From Lingula anatina (taxonomy: Eukaryota > Animalia > Brachiopoda), in the NCBI GenBank assembly GCA_051362555.1, contig CM120640.1, positions 42,696,788 to 42,760,787 of the forward strand: a DNA stretch of 64,000 nucleotides, given 5' to 3'. Shown here piece by piece: positions 1-15,038 of the stretch (position 1 is the first letter of the stretch; every line of letters starts with the position of its first letter). The translations under genes were made by a program, and so were the position numbers. Below the pieces are notes generated by a model that saw only the letters and a program-made list of their open reading frames with translations, did not search any database and was not told the DNA's origin.

Positions 1-2289
1 CTCTGCAGTTGCCCTCCCACCTGTGATCAATGACGGGATAAGCTGGTGCTTGCCCCGCCCCCTCTGGGTGGTCCTCCTTGTTATAGGGTGTGAGTGATTG
101 TGACCATGATAACACTTCTCAAACCTTCCATGTTACACCTCTATGCTCCATTGGATATTTTGTTGAATAAACTTAACATATAGGGGTGTTTTTCCATTAA
201 TGTTCCTGCCTTGTGCAAAGCTTAATTGAAATTTTGAATTGGTTACAGAGCTGACGTGTCCTTACAACTATTGAATAGCTTTACACCATTTATTTTACTA
301 GAAGGACCTTTCAATAAAACTGTCCGTCAACGTCCAAATTTTGAACAACAAACTTGTTTGTCCTATACCTATGCTTTCATTTGTGTAAATAAGGAAACAT
401 AAATGTATTAATTTATAATGCTTAAGCATGGGAAAGGTTTAAAACATTTTTACCTGGATGTGAGATTATCTATATCACTTTAATTATTTAAAAATGTAAA
501 ATTTCCCCAATGTCACAATTCTTCATGTTTTGATTTTGGTATTTTGTGCCTCTTCGTCATTGCTCTTTCTCTGGCTGACATCTTTTTCATTTCAAATCAG
601 ATAACTAATAAAAGTACAGGTCTACTATGTTCAATCATAAAAACACTGAATTTTCAACATACCATCTGAAATGAATGACTTTAATGACATTTTTCTTTTT
701 AAGTTTACAGTGTTTTTTTTTTCATTGTTCAACAAGTCCCAGTTCATCCAAATTTCTGTACTTTCAGATCTGATCTTTCTCTTTGCTCCCATTTTCTCCT
801 TTAAAAGATGATATCTCAAAAGAATATGTGATGATCTCTCCCTTGAAACCTCTCCTAAGTGTTGGTTCTTTACAGCCACATCCCACTGTGCAATGGTTTC
901 ATCTTTTCTTCATTAAACCAGAAGTCAAACATACAGTAAATAAGCACCCACACGGCTTATACAATCTACTTTTTTCTGCCACTTACGTACAACCTTCACT
1001 TTTATAGGTCTAAACTTTGAAGTTTTTAAAAATAACAAAATACAGCATTAAGTAAGTGTACCTACTTTTTTTAAAGATACAATGTAAAACCTGATAACAA
1101 AAGGACCTCCAGTTGACTTTTCCATCACTTAAAGAGCCCATTTGCCCAGTAAGGGTGCAAAAGGAAAATGATTAACCCCCCCCCCCCCCAACAACCCCTG
1201 TCATTCCTTGTCATTCTCTCTGTCACCTGAGGTGATATCTTCCTGGGTTGGACAGCAGTCATCATCATTTAGCCATATTGTTCCACACTAACACAAAGTG
1301 TTTTTACATGGCTATAATTTTAGCAGTCTACCCCTCCCCTCACTTAATGTTCCTGGCTCTGCCCTCTTATTAAACCATCAACACCGCCAAGATTTGGACA
1401 ATAAGAGTCATTTTGAAATTCCGATGCCCACGGAAAAAAAGGAAATCCCCAGCTCTGCCCACTGTCTGCCCAGCCATAATCACATCTTTATCTCAAAGAT
1501 TGCCAGTTCTTTTTTTGGTCTAATACAACTAACTATTGTCATATGTGTACTATAATTTTTATTGTTTATCTTGGTCTTATTTTAAGCTTTAAATCTATAA
1601 ATAGACAGTAGTAAACTTACACATTATTTTTTGGTGCTATTAGACTTTGTGTGGGGGATCATTCTCTAGTTACCAAGTTTATCCAAAGATTCCTCATGGC
1701 TGAATCATATCTAAGGAGAGCAGCAACAAGATGATGAAAGATACTTTTAAAGGGACATATTAGAATATGATAACTGACACGAAGTAAACAATCCTACTAC
1801 CATATTTATATTGTGAGAGTCTTGTAGTATTTACCAAGTCAGCTTCATGTAATCTCTTCTTTAGTGAAGATAAACTGAATCAAATTAATATAAAAATGAA
1901 GAAACAATACAGATGTCCAACCTGAAAAAAGTTTTAAGGATACCAACAGATTCTGTTAGATTTGTGTACTTTATAGGAAGGTAACATAAAACAAAAAATC
2001 TCCTAATCCTAATCTAATGCAAACTTATACAAACAGACAAACAGGCCATGACCTCTGTCACGAAACAAATTCCACAGAGAATAATGGATCAAACAAGGCT
2101 ATAAAACTATACAGACTTCTGAGTCCAATATATTCTGACATTTATATCTTAAAATAAGAGACAAACTCAAGTTTGGACTAAACATTACAGTAATGCATGT
2201 ACATGCTATCAGACAACCAAATATTTGTCATGTGTATGAACATAGAAATAACACACAAAAAAAAGATTTAAGCGAATAGTTTCTTGAAA

Positions 2290-2331
2290 CTTGGACCCAT
2301 CATATACATATGCATGTATGATGGGTCCAAG
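2290..2331. mobile_element. 42-bp palindromic mini-element with a 7-bp target-site duplication
   Basis: 15-bp perfect inverted arms CTTGGACCCATCATA / TATGATGGGTCCAAG around a 12-nt spacer. CTTGAAA flanks both sides (2283-2289 and 2332-2338). Confidence 0.7.
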
Positions 2332-4674
2332 CTTGAAATAAAGATATTATACATTGGTTTCTTTCTTTTATTTATCATAATATTCTTTTAGTATGATGTA
2401 AACAATCCCAAACTGATGCAAGGGTCTCACTGGCATACATACATGATTGACGCAAGTAAGCTTATCAATCGTACCCATTTCAGGAAAAGTTAGCGGCAAT
2501 TTGTGTTATCAAGGGTGACCACTACTCTTTTGTGGTGTTACACAAACTGGCCACATTCATTAAGACCACAAATACTGACCACAATAATGTGGAGCCTTAA
2601 GGTTTTATTTTAAAGGCCCTCACAAGTGTAGGAGGGGAGGAGTGACACTGCAATTTCTTTTGAATATGATTAATTTTCAAGGAATTCGCTTTTCTAAGAC
2701 ATTGTACATGAAATTTGGACTGTTGGGGTCCTTTGATTCATCACAGTGAAGTCATCTTACCTCTCAGAGGTCAAAATATGTTTTTTGGAGAAGTGTTGAA
2801 CAAAGGTAGGGAATACCCCCCCCCCTTAATCACCAATCCCCATTTGCAATGATTAGCACCCGATTTTATAGTGATCCTTACAGTGATCCTCATAGTGATC
2901 CTTATTTCCACTGTATTTCAATGAATGCATTTAGCAAACAAAAATTAACAAAAAAAATTGTTCAATTTTTCTTTTTAATGCCCAGTTCCACACCTCATCT
3001 CTCTCTCTTTCTCAGTTAACCCCCTTTTGAAAACCTCAAGCTGAATTCAACAGTGTATGGAAATTGTTAGCTGCACTGTATCTCATTACTAGGAGAAGAG
3101 TCAAAAGTAACAAAATACAGCTGTCTATTGCAACAGGTGAGATCCTTATGAGACAACTAGGATCATCAGGGACCTGTCAGATCATCGTAATTGGTAGGAG
3201 CTTTCAAATGGAAACAATAGGATTTGTGTGAGAATAAAAAAAGGAACTGTATGTTTGCATAGGGTGAAAAGGTTATTTCTTATATCAACCAAAAAATAAT
3301 GCAACTGTTTGGAAAGAAATCAACGATTAAAGGCATCACTTTGTGTGGTATACATACAGAGATAGCACCTAGGCAAGTAACTCATGTACAGACACGAATG
3401 CCACCTGGGGATAAAATTAGAAGGACCTTTGAAAAGTTCGCCTAATTCATGTAAATAATTTTGTTTACAAAGATAACACAGAGTTAAAATAGTATCTAAT
3501 TTGTTTAGAGTATCAGTAGGTGGTTTGTCTTGTGCGAGGCACCAGGCCTCCTCAACCTTTTCATTAGACGATCTAAATACCTTCAAAGTTGCCGCCATAT
3601 TGAGCAACATGGTAAACTACTCAAGATACTTCCCCCCTGCTTTTACAGAGAATACTTTGCCACAAAATGTGTCTTCCTACTGTTATGACTGATTTGTTGA
3701 CTGAAAAATATTTACATTTTCCAAGATAATTTTTCTAAGAAAAGACTTGTGGTTTGTAGTATAAAGTGCACTAAAGCAGACGGAATGTTGTGGGGTTATT
3801 GGAGATTACTACATCAGCGATAAAAAGAACCAAAATAACACTTCTCTTCCATGTCTAAGTTTCTTTGATAAAGACAAGCATATTTGCTAAGAGAAGAAAC
3901 AGTGGGTAGGTACCAAGTGAAATATTTCAATATCACAGGGGCTTTTACCCAAGATGTACATTTTGTGATTTCTAAAAATGTCATTTACTTTTCTGCTTAG
4001 CCAAAACCTGGTCTATTACTCAATAACTATTGCTAGTCATATCAGTTAATGGCAAAGGGGGGAAATGATGAAAAACATGAAAATATTTTCATATTAAAGA
4101 AAATATCAATTTTATTCTTCAGTCTGTCATTTCTTCTGTCATTTCATTTGCATCTTTATGTAAAGCAGAAATAAATTTTGTTCTGTATTTCCTTTTTGTA
4201 ATCATTATGTTCTGCTATGTGATATGAGCAGGCATTTATTCTTTCATCAAACCAGCAATGTGCACTTCTCTGCTGCCAGATCCGTCTTTGGGTCTGCTTC
4301 AGTTCACCCACACATGAATGAACCCAGATGGTAGCTCAAGATCCAACTTCCCTTTCAGGAAAATGTTTACATAATAATTCCTTTGAAAATGTCTCCACAA
4401 CATTTCCTACAGAGCCACAAGTACAGCAGGTTTCACAATGCTTATCCAATGAGAAAAAAAGAAATCTACCAATGTTATGTCTTTCCCTGCCCTCAACAAG
4501 AATTCTGCTTAGCAGGTACTTGTTCATGTATAGCCATATCTACTGAAAAACATGAATGCATTTAAAGCAATGTTACAAAGAAGTCTTGCAAATTGATGCT
4601 GTTATAATCCCCAGACCTGCACTTATGTTCAATGTCTGTGTACAAATTATACAAGTTTTGATCTTGAAGCTATG

Positions 4675-4987
4675 GGGCCATTCAGAATGAGAAGATCCGA
4701 GTGCTAACTGGTCCACGGCCTAAATATGGCGGACCTACATGTAAAGAAGACCGCTTAATCCTGTAATGGCCTCTTCACCTCTTTCATGCCTCTCCATGCG
4801 TCATATCTGCAGTGGCACAGTTATTAAATCTTGTCTCAATTCGACCGGTCAAGGGAAGATGCGTGGGGAGGCATGTGAGAGGAGGAGAGAGACCACTACA
4901 GGATTAAGCAGTCTTCCTTTCATGAAGGTCCACCATATTTAAGCCGTGGACCAGTTAGCACTCGGATCTTCTCATTCTGAATGGCCC
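4675..4987. mobile_element. Fold-back MITE (about 313 bp)
   Basis: GGGCCATTCAGAATGAGAAGATCCGAGTGCTAACTGGTCCACGGC is mirrored perfectly at the right end. Imperfect symmetry extends about 130 bp. Confidence 0.85.
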
Positions 4988-5960
4988 GTATCATTACTCA
5001 GTGGTCCACTACTGCTAAGATCAGATTTCTCCTGCCACCAGTTTATCTGCATGTGCATCCCAGATATCACTCAAGTCTCTCCAAGAAACACCATGGCAAA
5101 CGCTCACCTGATTTGAGGTGAGGGGAGATTTCCTTTCACTCTGTCATACAAAATATATAGTTCCTTTCTCTAAAATACCAGCCTTTTTACAAGTCCACCT
5201 ACAAAAGACAAAAAAGACAAAAAATATTTATCAAAATCAAATATTCAACATCAATCTGAAATATTTCATTTTCCATTTTCTGTTGTAAAATGATATTTTA
5301 AAGCAACAGACACCTGTAATGTTAATTAGGAAAAAGTCAAGTGAGTGCTCATAATACACGCAATGATACAGATAGGGCAAAAGGTGTACAGCTACTTCAT
5401 CACAACAGAAAATAAATCTATAAAATCATACCTACATAGTCAAATATAGACTGTCCATCTGCTATTTAAACAAAAAGCCATATTTCTCATATTTGTGCTT
5501 GAACAATAATCTAGTATCAAAAGAAGTTTATAAAAAGATATTTTACATCCGATTCTACACAAAAGGCATGTTTGCCATGTCCACCCCTACAAAAGGGGAA
5601 ACAGTTCACTAGTGCCAGATCAGAGATGGACATCAAAGACACATCCTTATTCTCCTGTAGGATGTGTGCTAATACCTAGGATACACAGCCACCTACATGT
5701 ACATAAAACTTATTTCAAAATGCCGGTGCAACTCAACAAGAACAGGTGGACAGTCTATGACAACCTGAGTGTGATCTAAGGATTTAGTGTATATAATATT
5801 ATTTATCTTTTACTAGGTCCCAACATTAGATAGTAGTCAAGAACACAGGTAAATAAAAAAATTCTAATACAAAATTTTCGTGAAATATAACAGTAACACA
5901 TTTTCAGACTCATTCCTTCGTTTGGTCACTAAAAAAAGGGAAAAAAGCATTTGTGACTTA

Positions 5961-6184
5961 GGCTTCGTTCACATGAAAAATCTATTTTCTAAAAATCTAT
6001 TTTCTATTCGCGGTATCTTGTGATCACAGTCTGTACCCTGAATACCCCGCGGCGTAATTACTGGCAGCGCGAGCCAGTTACTTCCAAAGCTGTAATTAAT
6101 TCTCAGCTGCACTCAGAGTGATCACAAGATACCGCGAATAGAAAATATATTTTTAGAAAATAGATTTTTCATGTGAACGGAGTC
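5961..6184. mobile_element. PIF/Harbinger-type MITE
   Basis: About 65-bp near-perfect TIRs (GGCTTCGTTCACATGAAAAATCTATTTTCT..) with a 3-bp TTA TSD at 5958-5960 and 6185-6187. Confidence 0.85.
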
Positions 6185-7146
6185 TTATTTAATAACAACT
6201 AACTGGAACTGTTCCATATCTGCTTCCACAGAGAAATTCAGGTTCCCTCTAAAAATGTGCATTTTCTACAAAAAATTATTCAACAGTTCTCTTTACACAT
6301 TTCATGCCCCTACACATATTTTCTTTATTTTATCATTTTAGTCCATTATAAATTACAAAAAAAATAATAAAATCACATCTTGAAAACAAAACAGGTATGC
6401 ACCCTAATGTTTATTACCTAACCAAGTGACAGAATAAAAAATATATCCTGCACTGTTTCACCTCTGATGCTACTTTTTTGTAAGGACAAAAGGTCAATAA
6501 GTCTGATATCTGAGGTAGCCCACCAGTTTTTCTGTAATCTAAGAAGGAATGAAGACTATGTTAAAAGCATGGAGTCTGTTTTACACCAAACTTATGTTGT
6601 GCAGACCCAGTCAATGTCCAACCTGTTCTTACTAAAAACTAAAAAAAAATCCTATTCTTCCTCTGGGCCTACAGGCAAGTTGGAAAAGGTTTACCATGGA
6701 TATTTATAGTCAATTTTTAAACACAGCTAATCATGGCATTTAGAGGGTGAGAAATCGGACCTTTTCATGATTTAACTATCAACCAGTGTTTCTTCCTTCT
6801 GTCATATTGCTTAATGATACAGAGTGGTTTGTCTAAAGTCAATTAGTAAACACACACAGGTAAACAAACTTGTTTCCTTTGATCTCGAGACTAAGTGGGT
6901 GTCGGAGAAGCTGAATCATACCAGCTAATCTGGGTGAATTCAGTTAAAACGCAGGATTTCCAGATAACGGAGCAATCCCATTGGGTAATCGTAATCTCTG
7001 AGCTAACACAGGCTAAAATGTTTCAAGTAGTTGGGATTGATTCCGCACTTAAGAACTACTGTTAATAAGGGTGGTGGCTTTGATTGATGATATCACTTAC
7101 AATTAATTCCTACCCCTTAAGAGTCACAAATGTTACTACCAACTTG

Positions 7147-7244
7147 TAATATAATATAATATAATATAATATAATATAATATAATATAATATAATATAAT
7201 ATAATATAATATAATATAATATAATATAATATAATATAATATAA
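7147..7244. repeat. (ATAAT)n microsatellite
   Basis: About 19 perfect pentamer copies. Confidence 0.97.
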
Positions 7245-10200
7245 CAGGTTTGATATATATTTGTGATGCCTTTACACATCTAGCAGTAAAATGGGAAAAT
7301 AGGAAAGATGCAAGTGCTTTTCAAACTTCTAAACTTATCCAATGGGTTACATCAAAAACTATTTCATGAATTAAAAAATACATTGAAAGGCAAAAGACAA
7401 TTTTAATGGGTTACAATAGTAGATTGTTTTCATCAATTTTTTCTATAAATTTCCATAAAGCCTTTCCATTTTCTGTCTTCCAAGTTCATTTTTTGTTGTT
7501 GATACAAAGAAAATCTATAACTTATAAGATATTTTACTTTCCACTGATAACAAAAATCTGTTCAATAATGCAGTTTTAATTGACCAACAATTACTTCCTC
7601 AAAGAAAAATCACTGTCTATAATGTGAACTCAAACTTAGTCAAACAGAAAACACGTTCTTACATAAATAAACAACCCAAAAAAATTTAATCAACCGAACA
7701 CGTAAAAAAACATGTCCACCATAGCAACAGCCATCAATATGCCGACAATGAACTGTAATGTCAACAACATGGTTTTGAATAATTAATTCCTTAATTAATA
7801 TTCTTATGAAGAGGCTGTTCCACAACAAACTTTCTCCAGTGGGCCACCAATCACAAAGCAATCAATGCCAGTTCTGGAGAGCACCCAACCTCAGGCTGAT
7901 TTTGAAAACAATGTTTAACCCCTAGACTCCAATATTCCAAGCACTACAATCAATTTAGCACATTAGCGTGACTTCCAATCTGGCCTCTCTTGTTCCCTGT
8001 GTCTACAACTATGTCTTCTTATCAAGTATTACTAAATACCCATTTGATTAAGAAGCTTAATTTACAGTCATATTTATAAATTTTGAATCAGGTGACAGAC
8101 AGCTTTATATTATTCCAAAGGGAAACATTTTCACATTTCATCATTTTCAACTTTTAAAGCAATCATCTTTCCTCTTTGTTTATGTTTCTTAAGATGTTTA
8201 CAAAACAGAGTGCTCACAAAGCCCAGATGCTTACATCTATTATTCAATCTATATCGTGAGAAAACAAAAATATACCAATTAAAATAAGTCCAGATTATTG
8301 GACACACAGTCTAGTGATTTTCTCTATTGTTTTTACCACCAAAATACCCCCTATGTAGACTTCTTTTTAAGTCCACCTCCCTTTGTCTTTACCTCATGCA
8401 GGGATAGGGGGCTAAGAAATTAATACTTTCTTTGTGAATGAAATGTTCACACGCATTGATAGTGCATCAATTAATTTATCAATGCCTCTGATTTTTCAAT
8501 ACAAAATCTTCCAGATGCATGAGTCATTATTTGCTATGACATTACACACAAACATTGCACACCTATGGATACAGGTATTCAGGGCACAGAGACTATCAAA
8601 TGACCTCTCAAAAATTATCAAATTCAATAACTTTTTATTAAATTAACATAACAATGGTGCTTAAGCCTCCAGTTGTGGAAATTGTTATCAATCTACAGAA
8701 CATCTAAGGTAATAATATTTTCCCTATTCTTATCACTATGATACCATTGCAATTTTAGATCTAATATGTCTGTGGACATCAGGACTTCAATGAATTCTGA
8801 CTCTGGTATTTTTGGTATTTATACATCTTTTCGATCCTATTTTTTCTGCATTTCTGCCTGACAGTTGGCAGATGTCACCATCTGAGGGTTATTCGGTGCA
8901 TGTCTTGACCAAAAGTCTGTTATAAAGTTTTCAAAACATTAGGACATCACTTTGTTCATTGTACTAACTGCCCTTTTGAATCTCAACTTCAACACCTTTT
9001 TTTTTCCTTCAAGATCTCCAAGTTGTTCTTATGGCACATACTTTTCATTCTATAATCTTCATGAACCAAAAGCCTTTATAAGTTACCAGTTACCCTGACT
9101 GATGCTTCAAAATTGCAGTAAAGATTATCTCTCTGTCATTAATAAAATTTAAAGTTGTGATAAAGAGTTGAGAGAAATGTAGAGAGAAATTTTAAGGGTA
9201 GGCATATCACTTATGTATTATATCTTAGTCTTTAATAATAAATGGAAATCAATTCCTCTTTATTTTTGAGAGAACAGATTATTTCACAAGAACAGAAGCT
9301 TACTGACCCCTGGTCAAGATATTCATGATATAAAACTGACCACAGACAAAGTGAACGTGTCTGTAGTACTTTCCAATCTCCTTATTTCCACAGTTTAAAT
9401 GTGAATGGTTTGGCATATTGACCAAGCTTAAAGACCATGTTTTCACCTCATGCAGAAGATTTCACATATGACTGGGCACATTTTAATCCGTTTCGATTGA
9501 ACCATCCAAATTTAACAGCCAATTGCTCCATATAGATTTACTTTAGCCATGGTGGTAACAGGATTAATTAGGCACTTCACGCTGAGTCTGATACCTCAAT
9601 GGCATTCACTTCTATTGGTTTATGAAATTGATTGAAGAAAACTCTGAATGAGATTAAAGTCGTAAAATTTCTCCCAAGTTTCCGATTCCAATTCATGGTC
9701 ACTACAACACACTATAACAAAACAACCGAATTCTATGAGACAGGGAACTAAGGTCCAGTGACTTCCAATGGACATTGAGTTCAAAGGTATCAAAAAGTCA
9801 ATGATCTGAATACATCACATAAAGGCATCTGATCATGTCCATTCATTTCCTCATCACTCCTTTGGATTGGAAATCTTTCTGTTCCAATAATACACACACT
9901 TATCTATGGACATGAATGAAGAAAGGTGTTAATGATTACGAAGCATAAAATGGATGTTATAATGACTGCAATCTCAGCATGTGGGGAAGGTAGAGGGCAA
10001 ATGTTAAATTGAATGGTCTCTCCAATGTCCACCAAGGTAGAAAGAAAGGGCATAATCAATAGTATTTATAAGTGATTATTTGTTAGTGCTGTTTTAATGA
10101 CCGGTAAAACAAAGGTCAGTTTTTTTCCTGACCACTTTTTTTACTTCATTACACCTAGCTCATAACTTAAAATCCTGTCGTAAATACAACAACTAAGGTC

Positions 10201-13200
10201 AAGCCTGAACAAGCCTGGTCACTTTCTTTAGTAAACATTTCATTTTTTGTCTTTTAAATCGAAAAGTTATAGTAGCTTTTTTTCTATTTCAGGGTGATAC
10301 ATACATTTTCATATTTTTTAATCATTTGATATAGGTTCAACATCCTAAACATGAAATAATAATCTTAAACAAAAATATGTCATGGTACAAAAATAAAAGC
10401 TTGAAAAATAAAATAAGCTTGGATTCATGTATCGTACTTAATATTCTAACATGCTGTATTATTGCGTATATCAACCTCTAAATCCTCTCTTCAGAGTTTG
10501 CTTTATGAAAAACTTTTACAACTAAGAGGGGTAAAAAAGTTTAGCAAAATAAATGCCAATACCCCAGGAGTTTGTTGGCCCTTAAACCTTAACATTATCT
10601 GCAATGTTAACGGCCAAACAAGGTAAGCAGAAAAAAAAACCTAAATTATCAGCTATGAAATATGCAACTGCCAATGTTCCTGAAATAAGACCCACTTGAC
10701 TGGTGTTATCCCATTCAATATTATCTTTTGAGGAAGTGATTGTGATAAACACCGAAACAAATCAAGTCTTTCTTGATTAAAGGGAAATGATATCTGCTGG
10801 AAGTATTTTTTCTCAAACAATGGCTAGTATGTCAGTTCAACATTAATACAAACTTAAACACATTCAACACTACCAAATCTGGCTTTTCTATTAGAAAAAA
10901 TGGATATAGTTTGCCAAGAAGGTGGACCAAATGTTTACTCAAGTCCTGTTGAGGTGATCTTTTTACAATGGATATCTAAAAAGATTTAAGCTCAAATCCA
11001 GTTTGAATACTCGAACCACTTTTCATCCATTAACATGGACTTCTTGCACAAAGTAAGGATAAGCCATGGCCAGCAAAGGCAAGAATTTTAGCTATCCACA
11101 ATGATTTCAAGCTACTCGATACTGAAGCCTTAAAACCTGAATACTAAACACAAAAAACATTCCAGCTTATATCTCCATTCTGAAACTGTAGGTGTGGTCT
11201 TGTTACAAAGGCGGCGCAGTTCATGGGGAGTTACGGAGGAATTGATATCGTGGCATCATGGGGTTGAAAATATTGGCAAAGGATCTACATAGTATACAAC
11301 TTGACATTTTGAGTGAATTAATTATTTCCCTCACATCCAAAGAGCATGTTGATTGATATTTTCTTCTATTTTGTATGAAAATAGCCCCAAAACTAATCAG
11401 GATGGAGGAAGTGCAGATTTCTAAAATATATTTTGTAGCTTAGCATTGTAGATGGAGCAAAATATCTCAACTGAAACTGAAACTGAATATTGAAGACAAC
11501 AGAAGAAACCTATCAAAAATTCAAAAATGCCTGGCAAAGGAACAACATTTTGTCTTTAGCATGTGGATCAACAATGTCTGTCTGCAAAAAAAATTCAAAG
11601 ATTTTATTGAGCCAGATTCTGATCAAATGAAAAACAATTTCCCACCTCAATCAACAGCTCACAAGCCACACTGGGGCGTGGAGGAAGGAGGAGTGTGAAA
11701 TCAGAGAGGAAGAAAAAACATTTTAGCAACATTGTGAAAGAATGAAACCATTGTTCCCTTTGTGAAATGTTCCAAACCTGAAGGCAAAATTAAATTTAAC
11801 AGCAAGCTGCCACCTAAGCATAACTCAGTGTTGGAATATTTCCAAGCAATCAGTTCAATCTGGGTGGACTGCAGATACTGCTGGGATGGAATAAGCAAAT
11901 CACACCCTTGTTTTCAAGTCATTTAATACACAAGGGCTGCAGCCCACACAAATCATAAGACAAACGAGCTGTAAATGAGACATTTTATATGTTTCTTTGG
12001 AAAAAAAGCTCCCATAATTCTGTCTGAAAAATGTAATTTACTTCATTATGCTCTTCATCAAACATTTATAAGCCAAAGTGTTAAAAAAATTCTCCACAGT
12101 TCATTGACTCTACTCATGCCCAATTCATCTCACGACTTTTGCAACACAGCAAATTAGTTGAACCCTAATTGTTACACTAGATGATCGCATATAAATCCAT
12201 ACTAAATTATGGCTAGTTGAATTGTAATAAACAGTCTTGTCAAACCTGTGACTTCATAAAGTTGACACATCAACTCTATCAAAGGGAAAGAATTTTTATA
12301 AAGGACAGGGTCAGTCTCATAAAGGAGAGAATTACAATTGAGATTATTGAACACCAACTGCTTTATAAAGGCTGAATTACACAAGAGGGCAAGGTTGTAT
12401 TGGACTTAGAGCCGCTAATATTTAGAACAAAAGAGGTCCAATAATCCTCATCTCTCCCACGAAGTGACCAAACATGACTTCTTGATTTTTGTCCCATATT
12501 TCAAAAATAAATGAAAGTGATCTATCGTTAATCTTTGACAAGTCACATAATTCTGACTGTAATAAAGAATAGTAAATTAGCCGAAAAGTCATGATCCTTC
12601 TTTGACAACAAATTAATATCTTATTTACAGAAGAACTTTCGCGTCTTAATTAACATGATCAGACAGCATGTCGACTCAATTACACCATCCACAAATCAAA
12701 CAAATTTGCTGGATCGAAGAAGCAATCAGAAGAGCAAAATCAAAGTGACACCTCTGCAGACTTCTGGCTCTGCAACAACGCCCAGGTGTGCCGTCATCAT
12801 GCCTGGAATTGCGATCACCATATCCGGATGGTTACTACACTGGAACCCAACACTGGCATGCTATGATATATTTCTGCATCCCATATTGTAGTGACCCACA
12901 GTTCAAACACGCCAGAGCTGTAATATTTCTTTCAGAAGGCATACCTTACATTTTATGTAGGGACTTAAACAAGAGAAATATTTACAATTAAACAAGAATA
13001 ATTGTAAATCTAAAGTATGAAATTAACTGGTTTAAATATTAAAGCACTGAAGTCCCTTACCACTTGTCTTAACATACAGTACATGATGTCTTTTGTTCAA
13101 TACTCAAACTTACAAATATCACAATCTTTTATGGCTATAGATAAACATCATAATACTAATTTACCATCATATAACTGGAATCCCAATTAATCATAATGAA

Positions 13201-15019
13201 GTATTAGGCATACATATATTCTTGAAGCTCTTTACTTTCTTCTTTTTTTCATAATGCAATAATATTTTTCTGTTCTTTATAATTAGACTCTCATGTTTAT
13301 GTAACTGTTAAACTACTCTATTCACATTATTCCAAAACAATAAAACTACGTTCAAATAGGCTATTATGTTCAGCTCCATTGTGTTCGTTGGCTTTGCCTC
13401 ATTACTGAATTGTCGCAAAAGGCGTCAATAGAGTTGATAACACTTCATAATCCCCAAATCTAATTACAACCCAATCATAAAGTGATAAAATATTCATCTC
13501 ATTTTACATGAAACAAAATAAAATGTAAGAGAGTGTAACTTGATAGGGTCAAACTTGACAAACAGTCAGGACAACATATCACGGCTTATTGATCTTCCAA
13601 TTTCATGTCTGCTTGACTGCATTGTAAACCATCTTAACTTTGACTTTTGAAAACAACCTTGTAAGTTAGTAATCTTTCATTTTTTTTTTACTTTTTAGCT
13701 CATATCCCATCCTTGTCTAGGAAATTCTATTTTTTTTATTTGAAAGTATTTTGTTGTTGTTTTTTTCATTTTTAGGACTTCCATATATGTGTCAGCTGTT
13801 GTAGTGACAATTAAAATCAATCCTAAAATACAGCTTAAAGTTACTACGTATAATATGACAAAATATCAGCACATTTCTTATTTGTTTACAAAATTGATTG
13901 CACTAAACCGCAGTAATTAGATATATTCATCGCTTTAAATCTAAGTAACTAAAAGTTATATCATCACGTAAGTTGCAAATTCAGGAGGTTTACAAACTTG
14001 TGCAACTCAGATCAATTCATCTATAAATGACAATCAATCAAGTTTTTATTATCACACTTTGTCATACGTCCTACTTGATTGATTATTGAACAGTGCCAGA
14101 GGGCAGTATCAAGAGTTGCCGCCTATTTTTTCCATCCTCTCTCAAGTGCCCTGGTCACCAAATGAGAAAGATTGACAGTAACATACCCTTTCAGCTTCTT
14201 AAACGTATATTAGGAACTTACAGCCAGCCAAATGTGAAAACTCCACAGGAAAGAAAACAGAGCCTGGTTGAAATTATCCACATAGCATCTTTTCTACTCT
14301 TGCTTGATAAATGTGTTAAACCATGGATCGTATCAGTAGTGTCTATACTATCCATGTTACTGGTTGTTATTGCTAATCTACAAGTCCAAATAACATGGAC
14401 ATCCAAACAATGGGCAGACATATATTGTGTAAAAATTGATACAATATCTACTATGGGTGTCTATGCCTTTCATTCAATGGCCTCTATCGATTGGCAAAGG
14501 GCAAAATTAGACAAGTAATAGAGAGTGGGAAAAACAATTTCACTATGTGTAAAACAAACATCTGCTCTTTCTCACCAGTTGTATTAAGGTATTAATAAAA
14601 TGTTGACTTGACAAAGATTTTTATTACTTTTCAAGTCTTCATTTGCTATCGGTTTTAAATACTCAATCAAACAACTTCATTATCGAATGTATGCTGTTCA
14701 TTAGGTTTTAAGACTGTCCATTAGATTTTCATGCTTGAAGACTATATCTAGTAATTAGAAATGCAAATAGGTAAGTGATTCCTATAATTCTTTGTTTGAT
14801 TTCAATTTGTTTGTTGACTCATTATTACAGTGTTGCTTCCTGTAGCAATTATCGCTGCGGCATTTTTTGTTTTAATGGCTTCTGTAGAAATAATGGAGAC
14901 ATATAATTGATTAGACCAGTTTGAAATAAAAACAAAGATGTCAACAAGTTCGGAAGAAACTCGAAGCTAAGTATTTTTTAAACAACTGCCTTCAAACTTT
15001 GCAACAGGTCAGGTATATT

Positions 15020-15038
15020 TGGCCACTAGGTGGCAGCA
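15020..15038 (+). promoter_or_regulatory. CTCF-like binding motif
   Basis: TGGCCACTAGGTGGCAGCA matches the CTCF core consensus. A second same-orientation site, CACCTAGATGGCAGCA, lies at 15414-15429. Confidence 0.5.

Noticed and set aside
100-1030. Decayed coding-like minus-strand sequence, with a similar patch at 8760-9070
   Set aside because: Probably old transposon debris, but no termini or diagnostic motifs could be identified.
14093-14518. 141-aa plus-strand ORF
   Set aside because: GTG start, no motif and no supporting splice structure. It overlaps a better exon-like signal on the opposite strand.
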